From a virus, in the IMG/VR virus record IMGVR_UViG_3300025769_015982, positions 22,013-86,012 of that record: 64,000 bases of DNA. One strand, given 5' to 3'. Shown in pieces: positions 41,401 through 50,902 of the stretch. A program made the translations under genes and the position numbers. The notes below the pieces were generated by a model, which was given only the letters and a program-made list of their open reading frames with translations, made no database searches and was not told the DNA's origin. Position 1 is the first letter of the stretch, and the number at the start of each line of letters is the position of its first letter.

Positions 41401-42137
41401 TAAATACTCCTGTTATACATGATAGGCATATAGTAAAAGATGTTTTTAATCAAATTATAAAAAGTAAAATATATAAAGATGCTTTTAATAAACCCGATAA
41501 TTTAACAATAGTAACTGTTAGAAACGAAGGTACTATGGAAGATAGAATTATACCTTCATTAAAAGGTTATGAAGATAAATCAATATTAGAAGCTAATCTG
41601 GAATATTTAGGAATAAAGCCCTTAACTATACTAACAGACTCTAGATTACCTTGGAGAAATACTTTCAAGTTTGAAATAATATTAGACTATTTAAATTCGG
41701 GAAAATGCGATACAGAATATTTTATGTTTTGTGATGCTATAGATGTTATATTTACAGATGATCCCCAAAAAGTTATTAATATATTTGAATCATTTGAATG
41801 TGATGCCTTATTTATGTCTACACATTCTACAGATGGTTATAAATGCATGCCCGGAGTTAAAAAATTTATAGATGAAACTATAAAAAGTAATAGAAGATAC
41901 TTAAATAGTGGAGTATATATAGGTAAAACTTCTTTTATAAAAGAAATATTTGAAGAAGCTATTAAATATGCTATTCCTCATGGGGTTACTATGGGGGAAT
42001 ATCATACATATTTAAATAGTAATCCTAATAATTACCCCCAAGGTTCACAAGATCAGGATATATTTAGGTTTTTAGAACCTAAATTCTACCCTAGATTGAA
42101 AGTTGATTATGAGAACAAAATGGCATATAGAAGTTAA
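41397..42137 (+). CDS. PLOD-type (procollagen hydroxylysine) glycosyltransferase domain protein
   Basis: FMFCDAIDVIF, YLNSGVYIG, DQ and KVDYE motifs resemble the PLOD GT domain. Confidence 0.6.
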   Translation: MINTPVIHDRHIVKDVFNQIIKSKIYKDAFNKPDNLTIVTVRNEGTMEDRIIPSLKGYEDKSILEANLEYLGIKPLTILTDSRLPWRNTFKFEIILDYLNSGKCDTEYFMFCDAIDVIFTDDPQKVINIFESFECDALFMSTHSTDGYKCMPGVKKFIDETIKSNRRYLNSGVYIGKTSFIKEIFEEAIKYAIPHGVTMGEYHTYLNSNPNNYPQGSQDQDIFRFLEPKFYPRLKVDYENKMAYRS

Positions 42138-42149
42138 TTTTAAACCAAT

Positions 42150-42794
42150 ATGAAGTTTTTAAATTTTAATAAAGTTTTATGTTTATCACCCCACCCAGAT
42201 GACGTAGAATATAGTATGTTAGGAACTATTACTAAATATACAAGTACAGTTTTTGATGTTTTATGCTTAACAAAGGGGGGAGCAAAAGGGTTTGATCAAA
42301 CTAATGGTCCTAATAGATTAAAAGAAGTACAAGCTGTGTGGGATAGTATTGATACCCCTAATGTTAATTTATTATTTTCTGATTGTGATTTTTTTGAAGA
42401 CAAAGCAGGTGATGCTGGTTGGGTAAACTACATAGAAAATAATTTTGTAAAAAACACAGATTATGATTGTATATTTTTACCTACAAAAGATGATTCTATG
42501 TTTGAACATAAATTTGTAAATGGTTTAGGACCCGCCATAGTAAGAATACTCCCTATTAGTTTAGTAGAATACAGAACACCTAGTACTACTAATGAATGGA
42601 AACCTAATATATTTGTAAATGTAAAAGACCAATATAATAAAAAACTTAAAAGCTTAACTAATTTTACCTCTCAAACCAGTAAATCTTATTTTCAGAAAAA
42701 TACTTTAGAAGCATTTCATAGTAATTTCCAATGCAGAAAAAGAGGTATACAATTAGTAGAACAGTTTAAAACTATAGAAATATTTAATAAATGA
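42150..42794 (+). CDS. PIG-L family deacetylase
   Basis: LSPHPDDVE, R..E and SQ motifs. Confidence 0.82.
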   Translation: MKFLNFNKVLCLSPHPDDVEYSMLGTITKYTSTVFDVLCLTKGGAKGFDQTNGPNRLKEVQAVWDSIDTPNVNLLFSDCDFFEDKAGDAGWVNYIENNFVKNTDYDCIFLPTKDDSMFEHKFVNGLGPAIVRILPISLVEYRTPSTTNEWKPNIFVNVKDQYNKKLKSLTNFTSQTSKSYFQKNTLEAFHSNFQCRKRGIQLVEQFKTIEIFNK

Positions 42795-43711
42795 AAAAAG
42801 TACTAATAACCGGAGGAGCAGGTACAGTAGGTAAAGCCTTTATTAAAAAATATTATAACGATTTTGAATTTTTTAATATTAGCAGAAACGAATCTCAAAT
42901 AGCTAAGCTAGCTAGGAAATATCCTAAAGTAACTAATTTTATAGGAGATATAAAAAATTTAGAATTAATGATTAATATATTTGAAAGAGTAAAGCCAGAT
43001 GTAGTCATACATGCTGCTGCTCTCAAACATGTTAATTTGGCTGAGTTAAATCCTTCAGAAGCTGTAGAAGTAAATATTAATGGTAGTCTTAATGTGATAA
43101 AAGCTAGTATTAGAGCTAAGGTACCTATAACCATAGGAGTTAGTACTGATAAAGCATGTGATCCAGATAATATATATGGTTATACTAAAAGTTTAATGGA
43201 AAAAATGTTTTTAGAAAACTATAATTCTGAAACTAAATTTGTTTGTACACGTTTTGCCAATGTAGCTAAAAGTAATGGATCAGTAATTCCTTTTTGGAAA
43301 AATTTAATAAAAAAAGGACAACCATTAAAATTAACCGATCCTAAAATGAATCGATTAATGTTTTCTAAACAAGATTCTGCTGAATTAATATATAATGCTT
43401 ATAAAAATGCTTTAGATTTAGATAAACCGTTTATATTATCTAATATTATGAAAAATGTTAATTTAGGAAGGTTAGCTAATATTATGTCCCCAGGTAATGT
43501 AGAAATAGTAGGATTAAGACCTGGAGAAAAATTAAATGAAACTTTAGTAAGTTCTAAAGAAATCCCTTACTCTAGATTAAAAAATAACTTAATTTTTTTA
43601 TTTAAAGACAAACAACCACCTAAACACAATTTACCTATGCATGAACATTCATCCATGACAGCTAAAAATATGTCTGATAAAGAACTACGCGAATTATTAA
43701 CATTAAAATGA
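42791..43711 (+). CDS. UDP-GlcNAc 4,6-dehydratase (PseB/CapD-like)
   Basis: ITGGAGTVG, HAAALKHV, STDKA, YGYTK, SNGSVIP and RPGEKL motifs. Confidence 0.9.
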   Translation: MKKVLITGGAGTVGKAFIKKYYNDFEFFNISRNESQIAKLARKYPKVTNFIGDIKNLELMINIFERVKPDVVIHAAALKHVNLAELNPSEAVEVNINGSLNVIKASIRAKVPITIGVSTDKACDPDNIYGYTKSLMEKMFLENYNSETKFVCTRFANVAKSNGSVIPFWKNLIKKGQPLKLTDPKMNRLMFSKQDSAELIYNAYKNALDLDKPFILSNIMKNVNLGRLANIMSPGNVEIVGLRPGEKLNETLVSSKEIPYSRLKNNLIFLFKDKQPPKHNLPMHEHSSMTAKNMSDKELRELLTLK

Positions 43712-44640
43712 AAGTAGCTTTTTTTAGTGAAGCCGGCTATGTTGGTAAAATAGATAGAAATAATCCTAATATTAGGACAGATTCCGCTTGGGTTTGTTCG
43801 TTAGAAGCTACTCATCATCCTTTAGTTGCATTACATCAGATTCCGGATAATAGCTATGATTTTGGGGTAGTAATTATTCCTAAAAATAAAGACCATTTAT
43901 TTAAATACCCTTTAATAGAAAATTTAAAAAGAATTTGTACCAAAATAGGTACTATGCAGGAAAGTACTTATTGGTATTGGCAGGGAGGAACCGTTCAAGC
44001 CCAATTATGGTATCATAATATTATCCAAAATATGGATATTATATTTTGTCATAATGATATGGATTTAAAATACTACAGAGGTATTACTGATGTTAGATGT
44101 GAATTAATGCCCACCCTTATGATAACAGATAATATTCAAACGTTTGAGGGTGAAAAAACAGGTGTAATGGTGGGGGGTAATTGGGTTACAGCATATAGAG
44201 GTTTTGATTCATATATTATAGGAAAAATATTGAGTAATGAAATTTATTCACCTACTACGGGTAGAATGAAAGAAGATGAAACTTTATTAGATATAAATCA
44301 TTTATCTTGGATTCCTTGGTCACAGTGGATGTATGAATTATCTAAAAGAAAATATGGTGTGCAATTAGGTACTGCTGCTGCTGGAACTTTTAACTTAAAT
44401 TGTTCTTATTTAGGTATTCCCTGTATAGCATACGATAACGTTAATACACAAAAATATTTACACCCGGAATTGTCTGTCCCTGATGGTGATATAGAAAGTG
44501 CAAGAAAACTAGCCAATAAGTTGGCTAACGATTCTGATTTTTATACACATTGTTCTACTTCTGCAAAAGAAAATTATAATCAACTTTATTCTGAACAGAT
44601 ATTTACCACTAAGTTAAATAAAATATTAAATAGTTTATAA
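43708..44640 (+). CDS. Putative GT-B glycosyltransferase
   Basis: AAGTFNLNC..LGIPCI donor-binding-like motif. Confidence 0.55.
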   Translation: MKVAFFSEAGYVGKIDRNNPNIRTDSAWVCSLEATHHPLVALHQIPDNSYDFGVVIIPKNKDHLFKYPLIENLKRICTKIGTMQESTYWYWQGGTVQAQLWYHNIIQNMDIIFCHNDMDLKYYRGITDVRCELMPTLMITDNIQTFEGEKTGVMVGGNWVTAYRGFDSYIIGKILSNEIYSPTTGRMKEDETLLDINHLSWIPWSQWMYELSKRKYGVQLGTAAAGTFNLNCSYLGIPCIAYDNVNTQKYLHPELSVPDGDIESARKLANKLANDSDFYTHCSTSAKENYNQLYSEQIFTTKLNKILNSL

Positions 44641-44641
44641 A

Positions 44642-45862
44642 ATGAAAATAAGTTTAATACAACCAGGTAGAAATAATCTTAAGTACCTAAAATGGTCTTA
44701 TAATTCAATTAGAAAAAATCAAGGCGATCATAAAGTAGAAATATGTGTCGCTGACGATTTTAGTAGTGATGGTACGTGGGATTGGTGTTTAAAAATGATG
44801 GATAAAGATCCATTATTTAAAGCTATTAAGAATGAAGGACCAACTAGGTTAGGCCACACTATATTATATGATCGCCTTGTAAATGAAGTAGCAACAAATG
44901 ATATTTGTATGATTTATCATGCTGATATGTATTTATGCCCGGGTGCATTAGATGCTATTGAAGATGAACTTAAAGAAAAAACAATAGTATCACTTACTAG
45001 AATTGAACCACCATTACACCCTGATGGGCCCGAAAAAATACTTAAAGATTTTGGTATTGAACCTGAAGAGTTCAATGAACAGGGTTTACTTGACTTTTTA
45101 AATTCAAGAGTACCTAATAATGATACTACTGAAGGTATATTTGCCCCGTGGGCATTTTGGAAAAGTGATTTCCAAGAAATAGGAGGACACGATCCTATAT
45201 TTGCACCCCAATCAAAGGAAGATACAGATATATTTAACCGTTTTCAGTTAAATGGTATTAAGTTTATCCAAACGTGGCATGGATGTGTTTATCATATGAC
45301 TTGTAGAGGTAGCAGATTTGCTGATGGGGCAAAACGAAATCCTAATGGTGAGGTATTTATGAAAAATAGGGAAACAGATGAGTGGTTAAAACAAAATCAA
45401 AAATCAACCAAAGAATTTATCCGTAAGTGGGGCCATTACTGTAAACATGACCCATTAATGAAACCAATTATTCCACCTAAATATGATATAGGATTTTTTA
45501 TAAAAAACGCTAATTTAAAATTAATAGAAATTCTTGAACCTTGGTGTAATACGGTATACTATAATGAAAATGAAATTCGTAATTTCAAATATGTAGATTA
45601 TATTAAAAATGAAGATACTTCATTTAATTTATATGAAAAATTTAAACCATATAAAGGTGAAAAGCAAAATAGTATACTAATTAAAATAGATGGTAATAAC
45701 TTTAACCAACAAGATTTCCAGATAATACAACAATTATCTGAAATTATTCAAGATAGTGGTGAAATAGGAAAATTTAGCATAAGTAATTTGGATATTGAAA
45801 TATCAGACATTACAACAAACGAGCACGAATTAATAATTTGTAAAAATAATTTAATAAAATGA
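44642..45862 (+). CDS. Glycosyltransferase family 2
   Basis: ADDFSSDGT, HADM, IGGHD..F..EDTD and VYH motifs. Confidence 0.85.
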   Translation: MKISLIQPGRNNLKYLKWSYNSIRKNQGDHKVEICVADDFSSDGTWDWCLKMMDKDPLFKAIKNEGPTRLGHTILYDRLVNEVATNDICMIYHADMYLCPGALDAIEDELKEKTIVSLTRIEPPLHPDGPEKILKDFGIEPEEFNEQGLLDFLNSRVPNNDTTEGIFAPWAFWKSDFQEIGGHDPIFAPQSKEDTDIFNRFQLNGIKFIQTWHGCVYHMTCRGSRFADGAKRNPNGEVFMKNRETDEWLKQNQKSTKEFIRKWGHYCKHDPLMKPIIPPKYDIGFFIKNANLKLIEILEPWCNTVYYNENEIRNFKYVDYIKNEDTSFNLYEKFKPYKGEKQNSILIKIDGNNFNQQDFQIIQQLSEIIQDSGEIGKFSISNLDIEISDITTNEHELIICKNNLIK

Positions 45863-46725
45863 AAAAAGTATTAGTAACTGGTGGATTAGGATTTGTAGGA
45901 TCTACTTTAGTAAAAAAATTAAAAAACACAGGTAATTATAAAATTACTGTTATAGATAATTTATCTTCGCCTTCTAGTAATGTAACATATAAAGAGGAAG
46001 GCGTTGAGTATATTATAGATGATATACTTAATATTGACAATATTTCTTATAAAGATCTTAATTTTGATATAATTTATCATTTAGCTGGTTTAGCAAGAAT
46101 TCAACCCAGTTTTCAAAACCCCGTAAAATATTTTAATAACAATACTTTTGGTACTGTTAAAATATGTGATTTAGCAAGAAGATGTAATGCCAAAATCATA
46201 TATGCAGGTAGTAGTTCGGCATATGCGGGTACTATGAATAGCCCATATGCTTATTTTAAATTTAATGGAGAAGAAATATGTAAATTATTTAGTCAGTTAT
46301 ATGACATGTCTGCAGTTACTGCTAGATTTTTTAATGTATATGGGAAACGACAACCCACTGAAGGTAAATTTGCTACAGTTTTAGGAATATTTGAGCGCCA
46401 GTGTAAAGCTAAAGAACCATTAACAGTAGTAGGTGACGGTGAACAAAGACGTGATTTTACCCATGTAAATGATATAGTAAATGGGTTAATAGAATTATCT
46501 AAAGGCGAATATAAAGGAGAAATTTATAATTTGGGTACTGGTAGAAATTATAGCATAAATGAATTAGTTAAGTTTTTTGAGTGTACTTCTGTTAGTATAC
46601 CTGAAAGACCAGGAGAAGCTAGGTTATCTATTGCTGATATAACAAAAACAAAACAAGAACTAAATTGGGAACCTACCCATTCGTTAAAGCAATATATTAA
46701 AGATTTTTTAAACAATATAAAATGA
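45859..46725 (+). CDS. NAD-dependent epimerase/dehydratase
   Basis: TGGLGFVG, YHLA, YAYFK, RFFNVYG and GDGEQRRDF motifs. Confidence 0.9.
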   Translation: MKKVLVTGGLGFVGSTLVKKLKNTGNYKITVIDNLSSPSSNVTYKEEGVEYIIDDILNIDNISYKDLNFDIIYHLAGLARIQPSFQNPVKYFNNNTFGTVKICDLARRCNAKIIYAGSSSAYAGTMNSPYAYFKFNGEEICKLFSQLYDMSAVTARFFNVYGKRQPTEGKFATVLGIFERQCKAKEPLTVVGDGEQRRDFTHVNDIVNGLIELSKGEYKGEIYNLGTGRNYSINELVKFFECTSVSIPERPGEARLSIADITKTKQELNWEPTHSLKQYIKDFLNNIK

Positions 46726-47591
46726 ATATAGGAATAATTGGTAGGGGCTTTGTAGGCTCTGCAGTAGAATATGGTTTTTCCCCACAAACCGGATGTGATG
46801 GGGCAGTAGTTAGAGTTTATGATGCTGATCCTAGTAAAAGTCAAAACACTTTAGAAGAAGTAGTAACAAAATCAGACTTTATATTTTTATCAGTCCCTAC
46901 TCCATCTAATCTAGATGGATCATGTAACTTAGATATAGTTTATACTGTAATGCAGGATATAAATAACTATATAGATCCAAATACCCCTAAATCAAAGCGG
47001 CCAATAATACTTCTTAGATCTACAGTTATTCCTGGTACTACTAGAAAAATCCAAAAACACTTTCCCGCCTTAAATATAGTGTTTAATCCAGAATTCTTAA
47101 CCGAAAGATCAGCTAAATTTGATTTTATTAATCAATCTCGATTTATATTAGGAGGTTCAAAAAAGAATACTAGTAAAGTAACTTTACTTTATCAGTGGAG
47201 ATTTGGTAATACTAGTGCATATATTGAAACCAATTTTGAAACAGCAGAAATGATTAAATATATGAATAATTGTTTCTTTGCAACCAAAGTTTCATTTATG
47301 AATGAAATGAAATTAATTGCAGAAAGAACTAATGTTGAATGGGATACTGCGGTCGACGGATTTGTGTCTGATGGGAGAGTAGGCCATAGCCATTTAGCAG
47401 TACCCGGCCCTGATGGTAAAAGAGGGTTTGGTGGTTCATGCTTCCCAAAAGATATACAAGCAATGATAAAATTAGGTGACGAGTTAGGCATTAGTACTTC
47501 TACACTTAAAGGAGCGTGGGATACTAACATTAATGTTAGACCCGAAAAGGATTGGGAAAAATTAAAAGGACGAGCTATTGTTAATCCTTAA
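46722..47591 (+). CDS. UDP-glucose/GDP-mannose 6-dehydrogenase (short form)
   Basis: GRGFVG, VPTP, RSTVIPG, NPEFL and GFGGSCFPKD motifs. Confidence 0.9.
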   Translation: MNIGIIGRGFVGSAVEYGFSPQTGCDGAVVRVYDADPSKSQNTLEEVVTKSDFIFLSVPTPSNLDGSCNLDIVYTVMQDINNYIDPNTPKSKRPIILLRSTVIPGTTRKIQKHFPALNIVFNPEFLTERSAKFDFINQSRFILGGSKKNTSKVTLLYQWRFGNTSAYIETNFETAEMIKYMNNCFFATKVSFMNEMKLIAERTNVEWDTAVDGFVSDGRVGHSHLAVPGPDGKRGFGGSCFPKDIQAMIKLGDELGISTSTLKGAWDTNINVRPEKDWEKLKGRAIVNP

Positions 47592-47614
47592 TATATTTAT
47601 AACAAATAGCAATA

Positions 47615-47980
47615 ATGAAAAAAGCTGAATTACACGACTTAGTCCTTGAAACCGTTAATGAATATGTTAACGAAGCTGAACTTAAAACAGGGGATAATGA
47701 ATTTACTATTAAGGTAGATGTAAATAGAAATCCAACTAAAAAAGGTATTAAAATTCAATTAATCCCTAAAGGTGATACTATATTAAATGATCCAGACGAA
47801 AAAATCGACGTTAATGAAAAAGTCCAATCAGCAATGAATACTAGGCTTAAAAAATATGATTTACAGGTTAATATTGACCCAGATATAAAACAGGCAACGG
47901 ATAATCCTAACGTGTTAGGTTATTACATTCCCTTGAACCAGTTTAAAAACTTAATAACGAAGGCTCTTAAAGGAGAATAA
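47615..47980 (+). CDS. Hypothetical protein
   Basis: ORF preceded by an ATATTTAT motif. Confidence 0.65.
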   Translation: MKKAELHDLVLETVNEYVNEAELKTGDNEFTIKVDVNRNPTKKGIKIQLIPKGDTILNDPDEKIDVNEKVQSAMNTRLKKYDLQVNIDPDIKQATDNPNVLGYYIPLNQFKNLITKALKGE

Positions 47981-48023
47981 TAAAAATTTGGTTTTTAGGA
48001 GCTTTCTTCTTAAATTTAATTAG

Positions 48024-48323
48024 ATGAGAAAAAGAAGAATTATCCCCACGTTACCGGTTGATTTTTTTAGGGATGCAACCAATAAAGTAAAGTACCAAAA
48101 AATGTTATATTCTAGCATTTTAGATGGTGTTGAACAAACAATTTGTAATGGTAAAACTAGCTTTGTAATGGCTAGAGTAAATGATGGTAAGAATGTTAAG
48201 GATATTTCTATATTAAAAGACTCATTCAAATCTAACTTAAAAACATGCTTAGATTTTTATGAGCAAGTTGAAGAATATGAACAATGTTCCCGTACTGTTA
48301 ATTTAATTAATCAAATAAAATGA
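48024..48323 (+). CDS. Hypothetical protein with C-terminal UVR-like motif
   Basis: FYEQVEEYEQCSR..NLI; preceded by TTTG...TAAATTTA. Confidence 0.6.
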   Translation: MRKRRIIPTLPVDFFRDATNKVKYQKMLYSSILDGVEQTICNGKTSFVMARVNDGKNVKDISILKDSFKSNLKTCLDFYEQVEEYEQCSRTVNLINQIK

Positions 48324-48508
48324 GTAAATCAATATTTATACTTGAAACTAGGCCTATAACAAAAGGTACTCGTGGTGAAAGAATCAATAAAGTAGTAGCG
48401 GATTCACTTTCTGAAGCAATAGAAATGTTTTCTACTATAAAACAACTAAGGCCCGACCAATTAATAGAAATTTATAAGGTTTATGAGCAACCAACCGATG
48501 CCAAATGA
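48320..48508 (+). CDS. Hypothetical protein
   Basis: Coupled ORF. Confidence 0.55.
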   Translation: MSKSIFILETRPITKGTRGERINKVVADSLSEAIEMFSTIKQLRPDQLIEIYKVYEQPTDAK

Positions 48509-48890
48509 TCAGCTAAAAAACGATCTAAAAGCAATCTTAAAAATTAAAGGTACTGTTACTAGACAGCGCCCTGTAAAAGGTCTAATTAAGAAAGAAGCAT
48601 TTATTAGATTTATAGAAAATTATAGATATTCTAATGAAAGGACACTTCTATTAAGATCAGAACATGCTATTGATTTTGTTAATTTTGAAGAACCCTTCGT
48701 ACAATCAATAGAAGCACTACTCGAACTCCATTTTAATAAAAATCAAGTCCAAATTATTCATTGGTGGCTTTATGAAAAATGGAATACAGGAGACGAATCA
48801 GTTTTACAATTAAATAATACAGAAACAGGTGAGGAATTACCCTCAGACACACCAGAAGAACTCTGGGACCTGATTCAATCACTCAAATGA
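48483..48890 (+). CDS. Hypothetical protein
   Basis: Coupled ORF with a WWLYE...TPEELWD motif. Confidence 0.65.
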   Translation: MSNQPMPNDQLKNDLKAILKIKGTVTRQRPVKGLIKKEAFIRFIENYRYSNERTLLLRSEHAIDFVNFEEPFVQSIEALLELHFNKNQVQIIHWWLYEKWNTGDESVLQLNNTETGEELPSDTPEELWDLIQSLK

Positions 48891-49543
48891 ATAAAATAAT
48901 CCTTACAAAGGACGACGTTTTAAGAGCCCAAAAGCACACATTAAGTAATAGGGCAGCCGCTCGTTATTTAGGTGTATCGTATAATGTTTATAAACGTTAT
49001 GCACTTACATTTAACGATAATGAAACGGGCAAAACACTATTTGATAAACATTTAAACCGTCAAGGTAAGGGTATTAAAAAACATTTAGGTGGTTATGGTA
49101 AAAGTAAAAATTTCCATAAACACGCTCTAGAAGACGTATTAGAAGGTAGAGTAGATGTTTCACATTATACAATCGATATTCTTAAGGCACGTTTAATTCA
49201 AGAAGGTTACTTAGAAGAATGTTGTAATAGTTGTGGGTTTAACGAAAGAAGGGTTGTAGATTATAAAGTGCCATTAGTACTTAATTTCCAAGACAAAAAT
49301 AAGAAAAACTGGAAACGCGACAACCTAGAATTCCTTTGTTACAATTGTTACTTCCTAAACGTAGGTAACATTTGGAGTGACAATCAACTCAAGCAAATGG
49401 AAGACTATGAAGTAAATGAAAACACATTTAATAAAGACGATGAACCAAATTGGGATTTAGATGATACCCATATCCAACATTTGAAAGAATTGGGACTATG
49501 GGAGGGCGACGATGGTGATGAATTTATCGATTTTCAAAACTAA
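48887..49543 (+). CDS. HTH plus degenerate HNH/Zn-finger DNA-binding protein
   Basis: AAARYLGVSY HTH, CNSCG and NLEFLCYNC; acidic tail. Confidence 0.65.
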   Translation: MNKIILTKDDVLRAQKHTLSNRAAARYLGVSYNVYKRYALTFNDNETGKTLFDKHLNRQGKGIKKHLGGYGKSKNFHKHALEDVLEGRVDVSHYTIDILKARLIQEGYLEECCNSCGFNERRVVDYKVPLVLNFQDKNKKNWKRDNLEFLCYNCYFLNVGNIWSDNQLKQMEDYEVNENTFNKDDEPNWDLDDTHIQHLKELGLWEGDDGDEFIDFQN

Positions 49544-49603
49544 AAAGAACTTACTATCACCCACCACACACCTTAATCCGTATATACAAAACAATTAGAA
49601 ATC

Positions 49604-49753
49604 ATGGGTAAACTAAAAGAATATCACTTCGGCAATAAGTCCTTCAAAGACTATGAAGACGACTTTCTAGACGACGATTATGAATACTATAAATTGAATA
49701 AAAATAAAAAAAAGAAGCAACGCAAAGGTGGAGCTGAAGATTTAACAGAATAA
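49604..49753 (+). CDS. Small acidic/basic hypothetical protein (49 aa)
   Basis: MGKLKEYHF...; A-rich leader; not in the ORF track. Confidence 0.5.
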   Translation: MGKLKEYHFGNKSFKDYEDDFLDDDYEYYKLNKNKKKKQRKGGAEDLTE

Positions 49754-49755
49754 AA

Positions 49756-50076
49756 ATGGATAAAAAAGAAAGGTTTCAATTAGCAAAGAAAAACGTCAAA
49801 CGGCGTTTTCCTAAAGCACAAACTGTAATAGACAGCACGGGTAAATTCTACGTTGCCCAAGATGGAAAAGACATCTGCAATAAAGAATTATATAAAGCTG
49901 TAAAGCGAGGAGCAAGCCTTGAAGAGCTTAATTTAATTAAAGAGGTAAAGCACACTACAACTATATTTGACGCTTGGCTACAAGCCGAAAGCATGGTTAC
50001 CGTTAACCGAGTAATCGAAAGTAACACCGAACGATTTAGCGACGAAAAAGTAATCAATAAAAATTTAGAAGAATGA
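49756..50076 (+). CDS. Hypothetical protein
   Basis: ORF in the operon. Confidence 0.6.
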   Translation: MDKKERFQLAKKNVKRRFPKAQTVIDSTGKFYVAQDGKDICNKELYKAVKRGASLEELNLIKEVKHTTTIFDAWLQAESMVTVNRVIESNTERFSDEKVINKNLEE

Positions 50077-50423
50077 GTGACGTTAGATCATTTATAATCG
50101 GTGTAGGAATATTTTTATTCGTACACGTACTCACCTGGTTCCAACTAAACGGCCAGTTTTTTAGTGAGTGGTTTAAAAACAACAATTTTATCCTAGCGTT
50201 GTGTGGGATCCCAATTTCGTACCTTTATATATACGGAACAAAATATTGCTATGAAGGTTTCGGTGGTTTAGTATGGCCGGGACGGTTTATTGGGTTCGCC
50301 TGTGGGATGGTTATTTTCGCTGTTTTGGCCTCCCTTGTTTTGGGTGAGGGTATGACTACAAAAACATATGTGAGTTTGACTTTAGCAACAGCGTTAGTTG
50401 CTGTTCAAGTGCTTTGGAAATGA
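50073..50423 (+). CDS. Small 4-TM membrane protein (DMT/SMR-like)
   Basis: Four hydrophobic helices and LGE near the C-terminus. Confidence 0.6.
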   Translation: MSDVRSFIIGVGIFLFVHVLTWFQLNGQFFSEWFKNNNFILALCGIPISYLYIYGTKYCYEGFGGLVWPGRFIGFACGMVIFAVLASLVLGEGMTTKTYVSLTLATALVAVQVLWK

Positions 50424-50605
50424 AAGTAGGCGATAAGATTAAGTTTTATGTGTTTAGTGTTTTGGAAGAAGGCACTGTAACTGAAATTAATAAGGATAAA
50501 ACATACAATATCGCTTATGGTGGAGTAGTTTATCCTGCCGTACAGACGTTTAAAACATTACCTAAGAAAAAAGACATTCCACCATGGTATATCCTAAGGA
50601 AATAA
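50414..50605 (+). CDS. Hypothetical protein (SH3/KOW-like)
   Basis: MKVGDKI...EGTVTEI pattern. Confidence 0.55.
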   Translation: MEMKVGDKIKFYVFSVLEEGTVTEINKDKTYNIAYGGVVYPAVQTFKTLPKKKDIPPWYILRK

Positions 50606-50902
50606 ATGAAAGAATATAAACGATATCCTAAACTTAATAAGTTTCTTAGTAACTTAGTTGCTGATAAAACTTTAACCCCATTAGAAAGAATATGTAACCG
50701 ATTAGGTTATATGGGTACTGCTTTTTTAATGATGTCACCTTATTTATTAGCTTATAATAATGTAGGGGTGTATACTTACCTTATTGGTGGTGCACTTTCA
50801 ATCCCACAAGTATGGTTAGCTAGGCAATGGAATTTAGTTGCATTGCATACTAATTTATTAGTGGGGTATGGATTTTATTTATATGTATATCTGACTGATT
50901 GA
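50606..50902 (+). CDS. Hypothetical membrane protein
   Basis: Three hydrophobic segments. Confidence 0.6.
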   Translation: MKEYKRYPKLNKFLSNLVADKTLTPLERICNRLGYMGTAFLMMSPYLLAYNNVGVYTYLIGGALSIPQVWLARQWNLVALHTNLLVGYGFYLYVYLTD

